This document shows positions 10,577 to 19,755 of a DNA stretch of 64,000 nucleotides, piece by piece. Location of the stretch: positions 7,187 to 71,186 of the forward strand of contig CAYXBN010000005.1 in NCBI GenBank assembly GCA_964463215.1, written 5' to 3'. A program made the position numbers and the translations under genes. Source of the stretch: an uncultured Mycobacterium sp. (GTDB taxonomy: Bacteria; Actinomycetota; Actinomycetes; Mycobacteriales; Mycobacteriaceae). How positions within the stretch are numbered: the stretch's first letter is position 1; every line of letters starts with the position of its first letter. A model generated the notes under the pieces. The model ran no database searches, was not told where the DNA came from, and saw nothing but the letters and a program-made list of their open reading frames with translations.

Positions 10577-12493
10577 ATGCGGGCGGTGCGCAACGGCGTC
10601 TGGGTCGCCGGTCAGATGGCACTGGCGGCCCTGGCTGCCGTCGTGGTGTCGGTCGTCGCGCTGGAAGCGATCTCGACCGTGGAGTGGCCGGCGTTCCCGT
10701 CGTCGAACCAGTTACATGCCCTGACCACCGCCGGCCAGGTGGCCTGCCTGCTGGGACTGGTGGCTACCGGGGCGCTGTGGCGACTCCGCGAGGGCCTTCG
10801 GTGGGTGGCGCAGATCGCCGCACCGGTACTGCTGTCGGCGTTCGTGGTGGTGACCCTCGGTATGCCACTAGGGGCGACCAAACTGTACCTGTTCGGCATC
10901 TCGGTGGACCAGCAGTTCCGCACCGAGTACCTGACCCGACTAGCCGACAACCCCGCACTGCGGGATATGACCTATGCGGGCCTGCCACCGTTCTACCCGC
11001 CGGGCTGGTTCTGGCTGGGCGGACGCGCGGCGGCGCTGACCGGCACCGCCGCCTGGGAGATGTACAAGCCGTGGGCGATCGTCTCACTGGCCATTGCCGT
11101 CGCGGTGGCATTTGTGTTGTGGGCGAATATGATCCGGTTCGAGTACGCACTGGCCGTCACCACCGCCACCGCCGCGGTGACGCTGGCCTACGCCTCCCCT
11201 GAGCCCTACGCCGCCATCATCACCGTGCTGATCCCGCCGGTGCTGGTGCTGGCCTGGTCGGGGCTGCAGGGCCGCGGGAGAGGCGCCGTTGGGGGCTGGG
11301 CGGCCGTCGTCGGCGTCGGGTTGTTCCTCGGTTTCGCCGCCACGTTTTACACCTTGCTGCTGGCCTACACCGCGTTCACGGTGACACTCATGGCGCTCGC
11401 AGCCGCGGTGCTGCGCCGCAGCATCGACCCATTGCTGCGACTGACGGTGATGGCGGTGCTCGCCGCGGCGGTCGGCGCAATCACCTGGGCGCCGTTCCTG
11501 ATTCGCGCGGCGCGCGGCCCGCTTTCCGACACCGGCGTCGCCCAGCACTACCTGCCCGGTGACGGAGCGGTGCTGACATTCCCCATGCTGCAGTTCTCCC
11601 TGCTGGGGGCGCTGTGCATGCTGGGCACGGTCTGGCTGGCGTGGCGGGGCTTCGGCGGGCAGGAGCGAAGCGACCGGGGAAGGGGACCGGGGTCCATACG
11701 GGCCGGTGCGTTGGGCATCGGCGTGCTGGCGCTGTACGCCTGGTCGCTGCTGTCGATGCTGACGACTCTGGTCGGCACCACGCTGCTGTCCTTCCGGCTG
11801 CAACCGACGCTGTCGGTATTGCTCTCCGCGGCCGGGGTGTTCGGTTTCATCGAGGTGGCGCGGGCCGCGGCAGCGCGGTGGAATCCGCGCATGATCCCGG
11901 TAGCCCTTGCGATCGGGCTGATCGGGGCGATCGGGTTCAGCCAGGACATCCCGCACGTGTTGCGGCCGGATATCTCCGTCGCCTACACCGATACCGACGG
12001 CAACGGCCAGCGCGGGGACCGTCGTCCACCCGGATCGGAGAAGTACTTCGCCCAAGTCGACGAGGCCATCCGGGAAGCCACCGGCAAGCCGCGCGACGAG
12101 ACGGTGGTCATGACCGCCGACTACAGCTTCCTGTCGTTCTATCCCTACTTCGGGTTCCAGGGGCTGACGTCGCACTACGCCAACCCGTTGGCCGAGTTCG
12201 ACAAACGCGCCGCGGCGATCGAATCCTGGAGCGAAATCACCGATCCCGGCGAGTTCGCCGAGGCGCTGGACAGCTTGCCGTGGCCGGCGCCGACGGTTTT
12301 CCTGATGCGCCGCGGCGGGGCGGCCGGGTCCGCCGACACCTACACGCTCAGGCTGGCCGAGGACGTCTACCCCAACCAGCCCAACGTGCGCCGCTACACC
12401 GTCGACCTGCCGGCCAAGCTGTTCAGCCAACCGCACTTCACGGTGCAGACCATCGGGCCGTTCGTGCTGGCGGTGCGGACCGCGCGAAACTAG
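10577..12493 (+). CDS. aftA: Arabinofuranosyltransferase AftA
   Basis: [43 protein letters not shown]. Confidence 0.96.
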   Translation: MRAVRNGVWVAGQMALAALAAVVVSVVALEAISTVEWPAFPSSNQLHALTTAGQVACLLGLVATGALWRLREGLRWVAQIAAPVLLSAFVVVTLGMPLGATKLYLFGISVDQQFRTEYLTRLADNPALRDMTYAGLPPFYPPGWFWLGGRAAALTGTAAWEMYKPWAIVSLAIAVAVAFVLWANMIRFEYALAVTTATAAVTLAYASPEPYAAIITVLIPPVLVLAWSGLQGRGRGAVGGWAAVVGVGLFLGFAATFYTLLLAYTAFTVTLMALAAAVLRRSIDPLLRLTVMAVLAAAVGAITWAPFLIRAARGPLSDTGVAQHYLPGDGAVLTFPMLQFSLLGALCMLGTVWLAWRGFGGQERSDRGRGPGSIRAGALGIGVLALYAWSLLSMLTTLVGTTLLSFRLQPTLSVLLSAAGVFGFIEVARAAAARWNPRMIPVALAIGLIGAIGFSQDIPHVLRPDISVAYTDTDGNGQRGDRRPPGSEKYFAQVDEAIREATGKPRDETVVMTADYSFLSFYPYFGFQGLTSHYANPLAEFDKRAAAIESWSEITDPGEFAEALDSLPWPAPTVFLMRRGGAAGSADTYTLRLAEDVYPNQPNVRRYTVDLPAKLFSQPHFTVQTIGPFVLAVRTARN

Positions 12494-12503
12494 GTCATCG
12501 AGA

Positions 12504-12549
12504 CTGCGCCAGGATCGTGGTTTCGCCCCAGACCGCGATCTGGACGCAG
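12504..12549. repeat. Imperfect inverted repeat (REP-like hairpin or bidirectional terminator) between convergent aftA and vapC
   Basis: CTGCGCCAGGATCGTGGT ... ACCGCGATCTGGACGCAG. Confidence 0.55.
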
Positions 12550-12562
12550 CGCCGATGATGGA

Positions 12563-12952
12563 TCAGAGGACCTCGACGCGGCACATGATGCCGGGGGCCC
12601 GAGCCAGCCTGCCGTCCAGGGTCACCAGCACAGCGTCGAACGCGTCCGCCACAGCGACATAGAAGGCATCCCAGCCCCGTACCGAGTCACGCAGTTCCCA
12701 GGCCCGGTCGATCAGCCAACGGTGGCCGATCCGCTCGCCGGGCCACTCGCGAAGGTCGGCGACCGCCTGGCTGGCGGCGGTCCCGTCGAGGTTCCCCCTG
12801 AGGTAGTGGGCGCGGATGACGCCGAACACTTCGACGTCGATGACTTGCGGCGCCACATGGTCGGTGTCGGTTGCCAACCGTGCGGCGATGTCCGCCGCGC
12901 GCGGGGTGTCGGCGACCACCTCGAAAAGACAGGAGGCGTCAACGACAAGCAT
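12563..12952 (-). CDS. vapC: PIN-domain toxin VapC (VapC1/VapC9-like)
   Basis: MLVVDAS...VIDVEV...GWDAFYVAVA...LVTLDGRL carries the acidic PIN residues; overlaps the antitoxin stop. Confidence 0.9.
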   Translation of the reverse strand: MLVVDASCLFEVVADTPRAADIAARLATDTDHVAPQVIDVEVFGVIRAHYLRGNLDGTAASQAVADLREWPGERIGHRWLIDRAWELRDSVRGWDAFYVAVADAFDAVLVTLDGRLARAPGIMCRVEVL

Positions 12953-13184
12953 CGGGCCACTCGCCGCGCCACTCATCGAGGGTCGCCAGGACATCGGCGG
13001 TGGAGACCGACGAGGGACGTCGCCCCGTCCGCGACAGCCACTCCACCATCGATGGGCGAGATGCCAGGCGGACCGCCTCGCGGCGCAAGAGTTCGGGAAC
13101 GGTGATGCGTTCCTCGGCCGCCCGCCGCACGAGTGCCGCGTAGACATCGTCATCGATGTCACGAATCTGCACCGTCTTGGGCAT
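12939..13184 (-). CDS. vapB: Ribbon-helix-helix antitoxin VapB
   Basis: MPKTVQIRDIDDDVYAALVRRAAEERITVPELLRRE (RHH, FitA-like), directly upstream of the PIN gene. Confidence 0.88.
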   Translation of the reverse strand: MPKTVQIRDIDDDVYAALVRRAAEERITVPELLRREAVRLASRPSMVEWLSRTGRRPSSVSTADVLATLDEWRGEWPDACR

Positions 13185-13190
13185 AACTGC

Positions 13191-13214
13191 AACTTATCAT
13201 GCAAAAGCGCATGA
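13191..13214. promoter_or_regulatory. Overlapping divergent -10 boxes (vapB and embC) plus a TCATGC-N6-GCATGA inverted repeat
   Basis: Minus-strand TAAGTT at 13191-13196, 6 nt before the vapB ATG; plus-strand TATCAT at 13195-13200; inverted repeat at 13197-13214. Confidence 0.6.
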
Positions 13215-16200
13215 CCGCTGGCCTTGGCACCCAAAACGGATGCCGCCAACTAGCATCAACCCCCGTGACGCAGATCCGGGCGGACCTCGGAACCGCCCGC
13301 ATCGTCGCCACTGCCGCGGGCCTGCTGGGCGTCCTGCTGGCAATCCTGACGCCATTTCTTCCGGTCAAACAGACCACTGCGGAATTGAACTGGCCGCAGG
13401 ACAACCGCCTGGCCAGCGTCACCGCCCCGCTGATCGGTTACGTGCCAACGGATTTGACCATTTCCGTGCCGTGCCGGACAGCAGCGGGGCTCAGTGCGAC
13501 CAACCCCGTCCTGCTCTCGACGGTGCCCAAGCAGGCCGCCAAGGCCGCCGACCGCGGCCTGTTGATCCAGCGGGCGGGCAACGCCCTCGTCGTGGTGGTG
13601 CGCAACACCCCGGTGCTGACCGCACCTCTGAGCGACGTGCTCAGCCCGGACTGTCGGGAACTCACCGTCAGTGCCCACGCTGACGCGGTGAGCGCGGAGT
13701 TCGTCGGCCTCACCGGCGACGACGGCACCGCGTTGCGCGGGCAACGCGGCGGGGATCTGCGGCCGCAGATCGTCGGCGTCTTCACCGACCTGACCGGCCC
13801 GGCACCGCCGGGTCTGCGGTTGGCGGCCACCGTCGACACCCGCTACAGCCTCTCGCCCGCCCCGCTGAAACTCGCGGTGATGCTGCTGGGGGTGGCCCTC
13901 ACGGTTGCCGCGCTGATCGCCCTGCACGTCCTGGACACCGCCGACGGCATCCGGCGCCGACGGTTGCTGCCCGCCCGCTGGTGGTCACTGAGCCCGCTGG
14001 ACGGTGCGGTGGTCGCGGTGCTGGTGTGGTGGCACTTCGTCGGCGCCAACACCTCCGACGACGGCTACATCCTCACCATGGCGCGGGTGTCGGACAACGC
14101 CGGCTACACGGCCAACTATTACCGCTGGTTCGGTACCCCGGAGTCCCCGTTCGGCTGGTACTACGACCTGCTGGCGCTGTGGGCGCACGTCTCGACCGCC
14201 AGCATCTGGATGCGGCTGCCGACGCTGCTCATGGCGCTGGCATGTTGGTGGCTGATCAGCCGCGAGGTGATCCCCCGACTTGGCGTGGCGGTCAAACACA
14301 GCCGGGCGGCGGCCTGGACCGCCGCGGGGATGTTCCTGGCGTTCTGGCTGCCGCTGAACAACGGTCTGCGGCCCGAACCGATCATCGCGCTGGGCATCCT
14401 GGCGACCTGGTGCGCGGTGGAGCGCGGGGTGGCCACCAGCCGGCTGTTGCCGGTGGCGATCGCCTGCATCATTGGTGCGCTGACGTTGTTCTCCGGGCCG
14501 ACGGGCGTCGCGGCGATCGGCGTTCTGCTGGTGGCGATCGGGCCGCTGCTGACCATCGTGCGCCGCCGCTCGGCGCAGTTCGGGCTGCTGCCGCTGCTGG
14601 CCCCGATCGCCGCGGCCGCCACGGTGACGGTGATTTTGATGTTCCGCGATCAGACGTTCGCCTCGGTGGCCCAGGCCAGTGCGCTCAAGCGGGCGGTGGG
14701 GCCCAGTCTGACCTGGTTCGACGAGCACATCCGCTACGCCCGGCTGTTCCTGACCACCCCCGACGGGGCGATTTCCCGCCGGTTCGCGGTCCTGGCGTTG
14801 ATCCTGGCGCTGGCGGTCACGGTCGCGATAATGCTGCGCCGCAGCCACATTCCCGGTACTGCGACCGGCCCGAGCCGACGCATCGTCGGCGTCACCGTCA
14901 TCTCGTTCCTGGCGATGATGCTCACCCCGACCAAGTGGACCCACCACTTCGGGGTGTTCGCCGGCCTGGCCGGTGCGCTCGGAGCCTTGGCCGCCGTCGC
15001 CGTCACGCCGCACGTCCTGGGTTCGCGGCGTAACCGCGCGCTGTTCACCGCAGCGGCGCTGTTCGTGACGGCGTTGTCGTTCGCCAGTGTCAACGGGTGG
15101 TGGTACGTGGCCGGGTTCGGGGTGCCGTGGTCAGATCGGATGCCGGAGTTCCGGCTGGGCTTCAGCACGGTGCTGCTGGGGCTGTCGATCGGCGCGCTGC
15201 TTGTCGCCGCCTGGTGCCACTTCGCCGGACCGGACGACGGCCGGACGTCGCGATGGACGGGATCGCCGCTGGCGGTGCTGGCCTGGCTGCTGGTGGTGTT
15301 CCAGGTCGGGTCGCTGACCTTGGGGATGATCAACCAGGGCCCGGCGTTCTCCGTCGGCCGGTCGAACCTGCAGGCCCTCACCGGGAAGAGTTGCGGGCTC
15401 GCTGATGAGGTCCTGGTCGAGACGGCTCCCGGGATGTTGCGCCCAGCTGGCGGGGCGGTCAGTGTGGAGGGCTTCTCCGCCAACGCAATTCCCGCCGACG
15501 TCGCGGCGAAGCCGGTCACCGAACCCCCAGCGAGCGGGAACACCCTCGATGACGAGGCCGACACTGTCGAGGCCAGCCCGGCGGGCGTGACGCTGCCCTT
15601 CGATCTGGCCCCGGCCACCCCGGTGCTGGGCAGCTGGCGGTCCGGTGTGCAACAACCTGCCCGGCTGCGGACCGTGTGGTACCGCCTGCCCGACCGCAGC
15701 GCGTCACCATTGCTGGTGGTCACGGCGGCCGGCCGATTCGATCCGGGTGCGATCACCGTCGAGTGGGCGACCGACCAGCAGGCCGCCGAGGATGCGGCCG
15801 GCGGTGCGGTCGACGTGGCCGATATCGGGCCGGCACCGGGGTGGCGGAACCTGCGCGCACCGCTGTCCGCGATCCCAGCGGAGGCGACCGTGGTCCGGGT
15901 GGTCGCCGTCGACGACGACCTCGCCCCGTCGCGGTGGATCGCGGTGACCCCGCCCCGCGCCCCCGCGCTGCAAACTCTGCAGCAGGAGGTCGGCAGCTCC
16001 GATCCGGTGCTGCTGGACTGGTTGGTGGGTCTGGCCTTCCCCTGCCAGCGGCCGTTCGGGCATGCCAACGGGGTGACCGAGGTGCCGAACTGGCGGATCC
16101 TGCCCGGCCAGTTCGAAACCGAGGCGAACTCCCCGGTGATGGACTACCTCGGCGGTGGCCCCTTGGGCATCACCGAACTGCTGTTCCGGGCCGCGACGGT

Positions 16201-16351
16201 GCCGACATATCTGCGCGATGACTGGGCACGGGATTGGGGCGCGTTACAACGGCTGACGCTGCTCGATCCGTCGGCCCGTCCGGCCCGACTGGATCTGGGC
16301 TACGTCACCCGCAGCGGGTTGTGGAGTCCCGGGCCGCTGCGGCCGGCCTAG
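13211..16351 (+). CDS. embC: Arabinosyltransferase EmbC
   Basis: SVTAPLIGYVPTDL, NTSDDGYILTMARV, TPTKWTHHFG; first emb gene after aftA. Start uncertain (13199, 13211 or 13265). Confidence 0.95.
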   Translation: MTAGLGTQNGCRQLASTPVTQIRADLGTARIVATAAGLLGVLLAILTPFLPVKQTTAELNWPQDNRLASVTAPLIGYVPTDLTISVPCRTAAGLSATNPVLLSTVPKQAAKAADRGLLIQRAGNALVVVVRNTPVLTAPLSDVLSPDCRELTVSAHADAVSAEFVGLTGDDGTALRGQRGGDLRPQIVGVFTDLTGPAPPGLRLAATVDTRYSLSPAPLKLAVMLLGVALTVAALIALHVLDTADGIRRRRLLPARWWSLSPLDGAVVAVLVWWHFVGANTSDDGYILTMARVSDNAGYTANYYRWFGTPESPFGWYYDLLALWAHVSTASIWMRLPTLLMALACWWLISREVIPRLGVAVKHSRAAAWTAAGMFLAFWLPLNNGLRPEPIIALGILATWCAVERGVATSRLLPVAIACIIGALTLFSGPTGVAAIGVLLVAIGPLLTIVRRRSAQFGLLPLLAPIAAAATVTVILMFRDQTFASVAQASALKRAVGPSLTWFDEHIRYARLFLTTPDGAISRRFAVLALILALAVTVAIMLRRSHIPGTATGPSRRIVGVTVISFLAMMLTPTKWTHHFGVFAGLAGALGALAAVAVTPHVLGSRRNRALFTAAALFVTALSFASVNGWWYVAGFGVPWSDRMPEFRLGFSTVLLGLSIGALLVAAWCHFAGPDDGRTSRWTGSPLAVLAWLLVVFQVGSLTLGMINQGPAFSVGRSNLQALTGKSCGLADEVLVETAPGMLRPAGGAVSVEGFSANAIPADVAAKPVTEPPASGNTLDDEADTVEASPAGVTLPFDLAPATPVLGSWRSGVQQPARLRTVWYRLPDRSASPLLVVTAAGRFDPGAITVEWATDQQAAEDAAGGAVDVADIGPAPGWRNLRAPLSAIPAEATVVRVVAVDDDLAPSRWIAVTPPRAPALQTLQQEVGSSDPVLLDWLVGLAFPCQRPFGHANGVTEVPNWRILPGQFETEANSPVMDYLGGGPLGITELLFRAATVPTYLRDDWARDWGALQRLTLLDPSARPARLDLGYVTRSGLWSPGPLRPA

Positions 16352-16369
16352 CCCCCCGCCTTCGCCCCA

Positions 16370-16438
16370 CCCCGCGAGCAGACGCAAAATCCTCCCGACA
16401 CGCCGGTGCGGGGCGACACTTTGCGTCTGCTCGCGGGG
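16370..16438. repeat. Mycobacterial palindromic REP-type element (19-bp perfect arms)
   Basis: CCCCGCGAGCAGACGCAAA (16370-16388) and TTTGCGTCTGCTCGCGGGG (16420-16438). Confidence 0.9.
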
Positions 16439-16458
16439 GGAACGGTGAGCCCGTCGCC

Positions 16459-16464
16459 TAACAT
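16459..16464 (+). promoter_or_regulatory. Putative embAB -10 box
   Basis: TAACAT 8 nt before the embA GTG, resembling my recollection of the M. tuberculosis embC-embA intergenic promoter (TACCAT...GTG). Confidence 0.55.
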
Positions 16465-16472
16465 CGACGCTC

Positions 16473-19400
16473 GTGCGCAGCCAGCGAGTGCAGTCCAACC
16501 GGATGGCTCGCCTCGTCGCCATATTCGCCGGCCTGGCGGGCATCCTTTTGTGCGGACTGACCCCACTGCTGCCGGTCACCCAGACCACCGCGACGATCCT
16601 GTGGCCCCAGGGCGGGACGTCCGGGAACGCGATCGGCAACATCACCGCGCCGCTGGTCTCCGGTGCCCCGGCCTCGCTCGAGGCGACAATCCCCTGTTCA
16701 GCGATAGCCACATTGCCGGAACGCGGTGGGTTGGTGTTCGCCACCAACCCGGCCAGCGGCATCGACGCCACCCGCAACGGCTTGTTCGTGCGGGCCAACA
16801 CCGACTCGGTGATCGTGGCGTTCCGGGACACCGTGGCCGCGGTGGCCCCCCGCGAGGCGGTGGATTCCGGGGCGTGTACCGAGTTGCGGGTGTGGGCCAA
16901 CCCGGTGGTGGCGGGCGCGGACTTCGTCGGCATCCCGGGCGCGGCCGGCACCCTGCCGCCCGACAAGAAGCCGCAGGTGACGGGGGTATTCACCGAACTC
17001 AAAGGCCCGTTGGTCGCGGGCTTGTCGGCCCGGATCGACGTCGACACCCGGTTCATCACCCGACCCACCCCGGTCAAGATCGCCGCGATGGTGATCGGCG
17101 TGCTGTCGGTGATCGCCTCGATCGTCGCGCTGGCGGTGCTCGACCGCGGATGGAGCGTCCGGCGGCTCGCAGGGTTTGGCCGACGCCGTTGGCGGCACTG
17201 GCCGGTGGACGTAGGGGTGATCGGCACCCTGCTGGTGTGGCACGTCATCGGAGCCATTTCCTCCGACGACGGCTACAACGTCACTATGGCCCGGATCTCC
17301 GACGAGGCCGGGTACACCCCCAACTACTTCCGCTACTTCGGGACCACCGAGGCACCCTTCGACTGGTACCAGTCGGTGCTGGCCCGCCTGGCCGCGGTCA
17401 GCGCCGACAGTGTCTGGATGCGGTTGCCCGCGCTGGCCGCCGGCATCGGCAGCTGGCTGATCATCAGCCACGCGGTGCTGCCCAGACTGAGTTCGGCCCG
17501 CGGCGGGCTGGCCGGCAACCGGATCGCGGTCGCCACCGCCGGAGCTCTGTTTCTGGCGGCATGGTTGCCCTTCAACAACGGCCTTCGACCTGAGCCGCTG
17601 ATCGCCTTCGGTGTGCTTGTGGTGTGGATGCTGGTGGAGCGCACCATCGCCACCCGCCGACTGGCTCCGACCGCGCTGGCGATCGTCGTCGCGGTGTTCT
17701 GCGTGACGCTGGCCCCGCAGGGGTTGATGGCTCTGGCCCCGCTGCTGGTGGGGGCGCGCACCATCGTCGGCATCATCGGGCTGCGCCGGCCGCGTGACGG
17801 GGTGCTGGCCCCGATCGCCGCCCTCCTCGCGGCCCTGTCGGTGTTCTTCGTGGTGGTATTCCGCGACCAGACCCTGGCGACAGTCGCGGAGTCGATTCGC
17901 ATCAAATATGTTGTCGGCCCGACGATCCCGTGGTACCAGGATTTCCTGCGGTACTACTTCCTGACCGTCGAGGAGCAGGCGGAGGCATCGCTGACCCGCC
18001 GGTTCGCCGTGCTGGTGATGTTGTTATGCCTGTTCGGGATGCTGGTCACCCTGCTGCGCAAGGGCCGCGTCCCTGGGTTGGCGCACGGACCGGTGTGGCG
18101 GCTCATCGGCAGCACCGCGGTGGGCTTGCTGCTGCTGACCTTCACGCCGACCAAGTGGGCCGTGCAGTTCGGGGCATTCGCCGGATTGGCTGCGGCACTG
18201 GGCGCGGTGACGGCGTACGCGTTCTCCACCATCGGACTGCACAGCCGCCGGAACCTGGCCCTGTATGTCACCGCCCTGTTGTTCGTGGTGGCGTGGGCGA
18301 CGTCGGGCATCAACGGGTGGTTCGACGTCGGCAACTACGGGGTGCCCTGGTATGACCGCCCGCCGGTCCTGCTGCACCGCCCGGTCACGTCAATGTTCCT
18401 GATACTGGCCATGATCACCGCGTTGATCGCCGGCTGGTTGCACTTCCGGATCGACTACGCCGGCCACACCGAGGTGGCCGACACCCGCCGTAACCGACTG
18501 CTTGCCGCGACACCGTTGCTGGCGATCTCGCTGGTGATGGTGCTGCTGTCAGTCGGGTCGATGGCCAAGGGCCTTGTCCAGCGCTATCCCGCCTACACCA
18601 CCGCCAAGGCGAACCTGGCGGCGCTGAAGTCGGGGCTGTCGAAGACCAGTTGCGCGATGGCCGATGAAGTTCTCGTCGAGGCCGACACCAACGCCGGAAT
18701 GCTCACACCCGCCCCCGGCCAGCGCTGGGGCAAGTACGGCCCACTGGGCGGCGAGAACCCAATCGGGTTCACCCCCAATGGAGTCAGCGACAACCTCGAC
18801 CCGGTCGCCCCGTTCATCGCCAACCCGGGCACCATCAACTCCGACGGCTCACCGAACAAGGCGAGCTTCGGGATCGGCTTCTCCGGCGGCACCGGCGGTG
18901 GTTACGGCCCGGTCGGGGTGAACGGGTCACGGGTGTTCCTGCCCTTCGGCCTCGACCCGAAGACCACCCCGGTGATGGGCAGCTACAAGCAGAACACCCT
19001 GGCAGCCAAGGCCACCTCCGCGTGGTATGAGTTGCCGCCCCGCTCACCGGAGCGCCCCCTGATCACCGTCGCCGCGGCGGGGGCGATTTGGTACTACGAC
19101 GACGAGGGCGAGTTCCACTACGGGCAGTCCCTGAAGTTGCAGTGGGGGGTGCGGGGCTCGGACGGGAAGTTCACCGCCCTGGACAAGATGTATCCGATCG
19201 ACACCCAGGAGCAATTGGCCTGGCGCAACCTGCGTTTCCCCCTGTCCGAGGCGCCGCCGGAGGCCAACGTGGCGCGCATCGTCGCCGACGATCCGAACCT
19301 GTCCAACGAGCAGTGGTTCGGGTTCACCCCGCCGCGGGCGCCGATTCTGCAGACCGCTCAGGAGTACATCGGCAGTCAGACGCCGGTGCTGATGGACATC

Positions 19401-19742
19401 GCCAGCGCCGCACACTTCCCCTGCCAACGACCGTTCGCCGAACGCCTCGGCATCGCCGAGGTGCCGCAATACCGGATCCGACCCAACCTCAAACAGGTTG
19501 TCGTGTCGTCGAACATGTGGCAGACCGCCCGCGCAGGTGGCCCGTTCCTGTTCATCCAAGCGCTACTAAGCACCACGACGGTTCCGACCTATCTGCGCGA
19601 CGACTGGTACCGCGACTGGGGCGAGATCGAACGGTACGTCCGACGGGTACCGGCCGGACTTTCGCCCAACGCCGTCGTCGAGGAAGGCTCCATGCGGGTG
19701 TTCGGGTGGAGCCGCAACGGACCGATTCGAGCCCTGCCATGA
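16473..19742 (+). CDS. embA: Arabinosyltransferase EmbA
   Basis: [37 protein letters not shown] (EmbA-type). Confidence 0.95.
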   Translation: MRSQRVQSNRMARLVAIFAGLAGILLCGLTPLLPVTQTTATILWPQGGTSGNAIGNITAPLVSGAPASLEATIPCSAIATLPERGGLVFATNPASGIDATRNGLFVRANTDSVIVAFRDTVAAVAPREAVDSGACTELRVWANPVVAGADFVGIPGAAGTLPPDKKPQVTGVFTELKGPLVAGLSARIDVDTRFITRPTPVKIAAMVIGVLSVIASIVALAVLDRGWSVRRLAGFGRRRWRHWPVDVGVIGTLLVWHVIGAISSDDGYNVTMARISDEAGYTPNYFRYFGTTEAPFDWYQSVLARLAAVSADSVWMRLPALAAGIGSWLIISHAVLPRLSSARGGLAGNRIAVATAGALFLAAWLPFNNGLRPEPLIAFGVLVVWMLVERTIATRRLAPTALAIVVAVFCVTLAPQGLMALAPLLVGARTIVGIIGLRRPRDGVLAPIAALLAALSVFFVVVFRDQTLATVAESIRIKYVVGPTIPWYQDFLRYYFLTVEEQAEASLTRRFAVLVMLLCLFGMLVTLLRKGRVPGLAHGPVWRLIGSTAVGLLLLTFTPTKWAVQFGAFAGLAAALGAVTAYAFSTIGLHSRRNLALYVTALLFVVAWATSGINGWFDVGNYGVPWYDRPPVLLHRPVTSMFLILAMITALIAGWLHFRIDYAGHTEVADTRRNRLLAATPLLAISLVMVLLSVGSMAKGLVQRYPAYTTAKANLAALKSGLSKTSCAMADEVLVEADTNAGMLTPAPGQRWGKYGPLGGENPIGFTPNGVSDNLDPVAPFIANPGTINSDGSPNKASFGIGFSGGTGGGYGPVGVNGSRVFLPFGLDPKTTPVMGSYKQNTLAAKATSAWYELPPRSPERPLITVAAAGAIWYYDDEGEFHYGQSLKLQWGVRGSDGKFTALDKMYPIDTQEQLAWRNLRFPLSEAPPEANVARIVADDPNLSNEQWFGFTPPRAPILQTAQEYIGSQTPVLMDIASAAHFPCQRPFAERLGIAEVPQYRIRPNLKQVVVSSNMWQTARAGGPFLFIQALLSTTTVPTYLRDDWYRDWGEIERYVRRVPAGLSPNAVVEEGSMRVFGWSRNGPIRALP

Positions 19743-19755
19743 ATCGGATACCGAC

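Noticed and set aside
11084-12436. Long antisense or alternate-frame ORFs over aftA, ptsG (26289-27917), fbpD (41456-42832), fbpA (42451-44010) and others
   Set aside because: They overlap well-supported genes, are Arg/Gly/Pro-rich without motifs, and are typical GC shadow ORFs.
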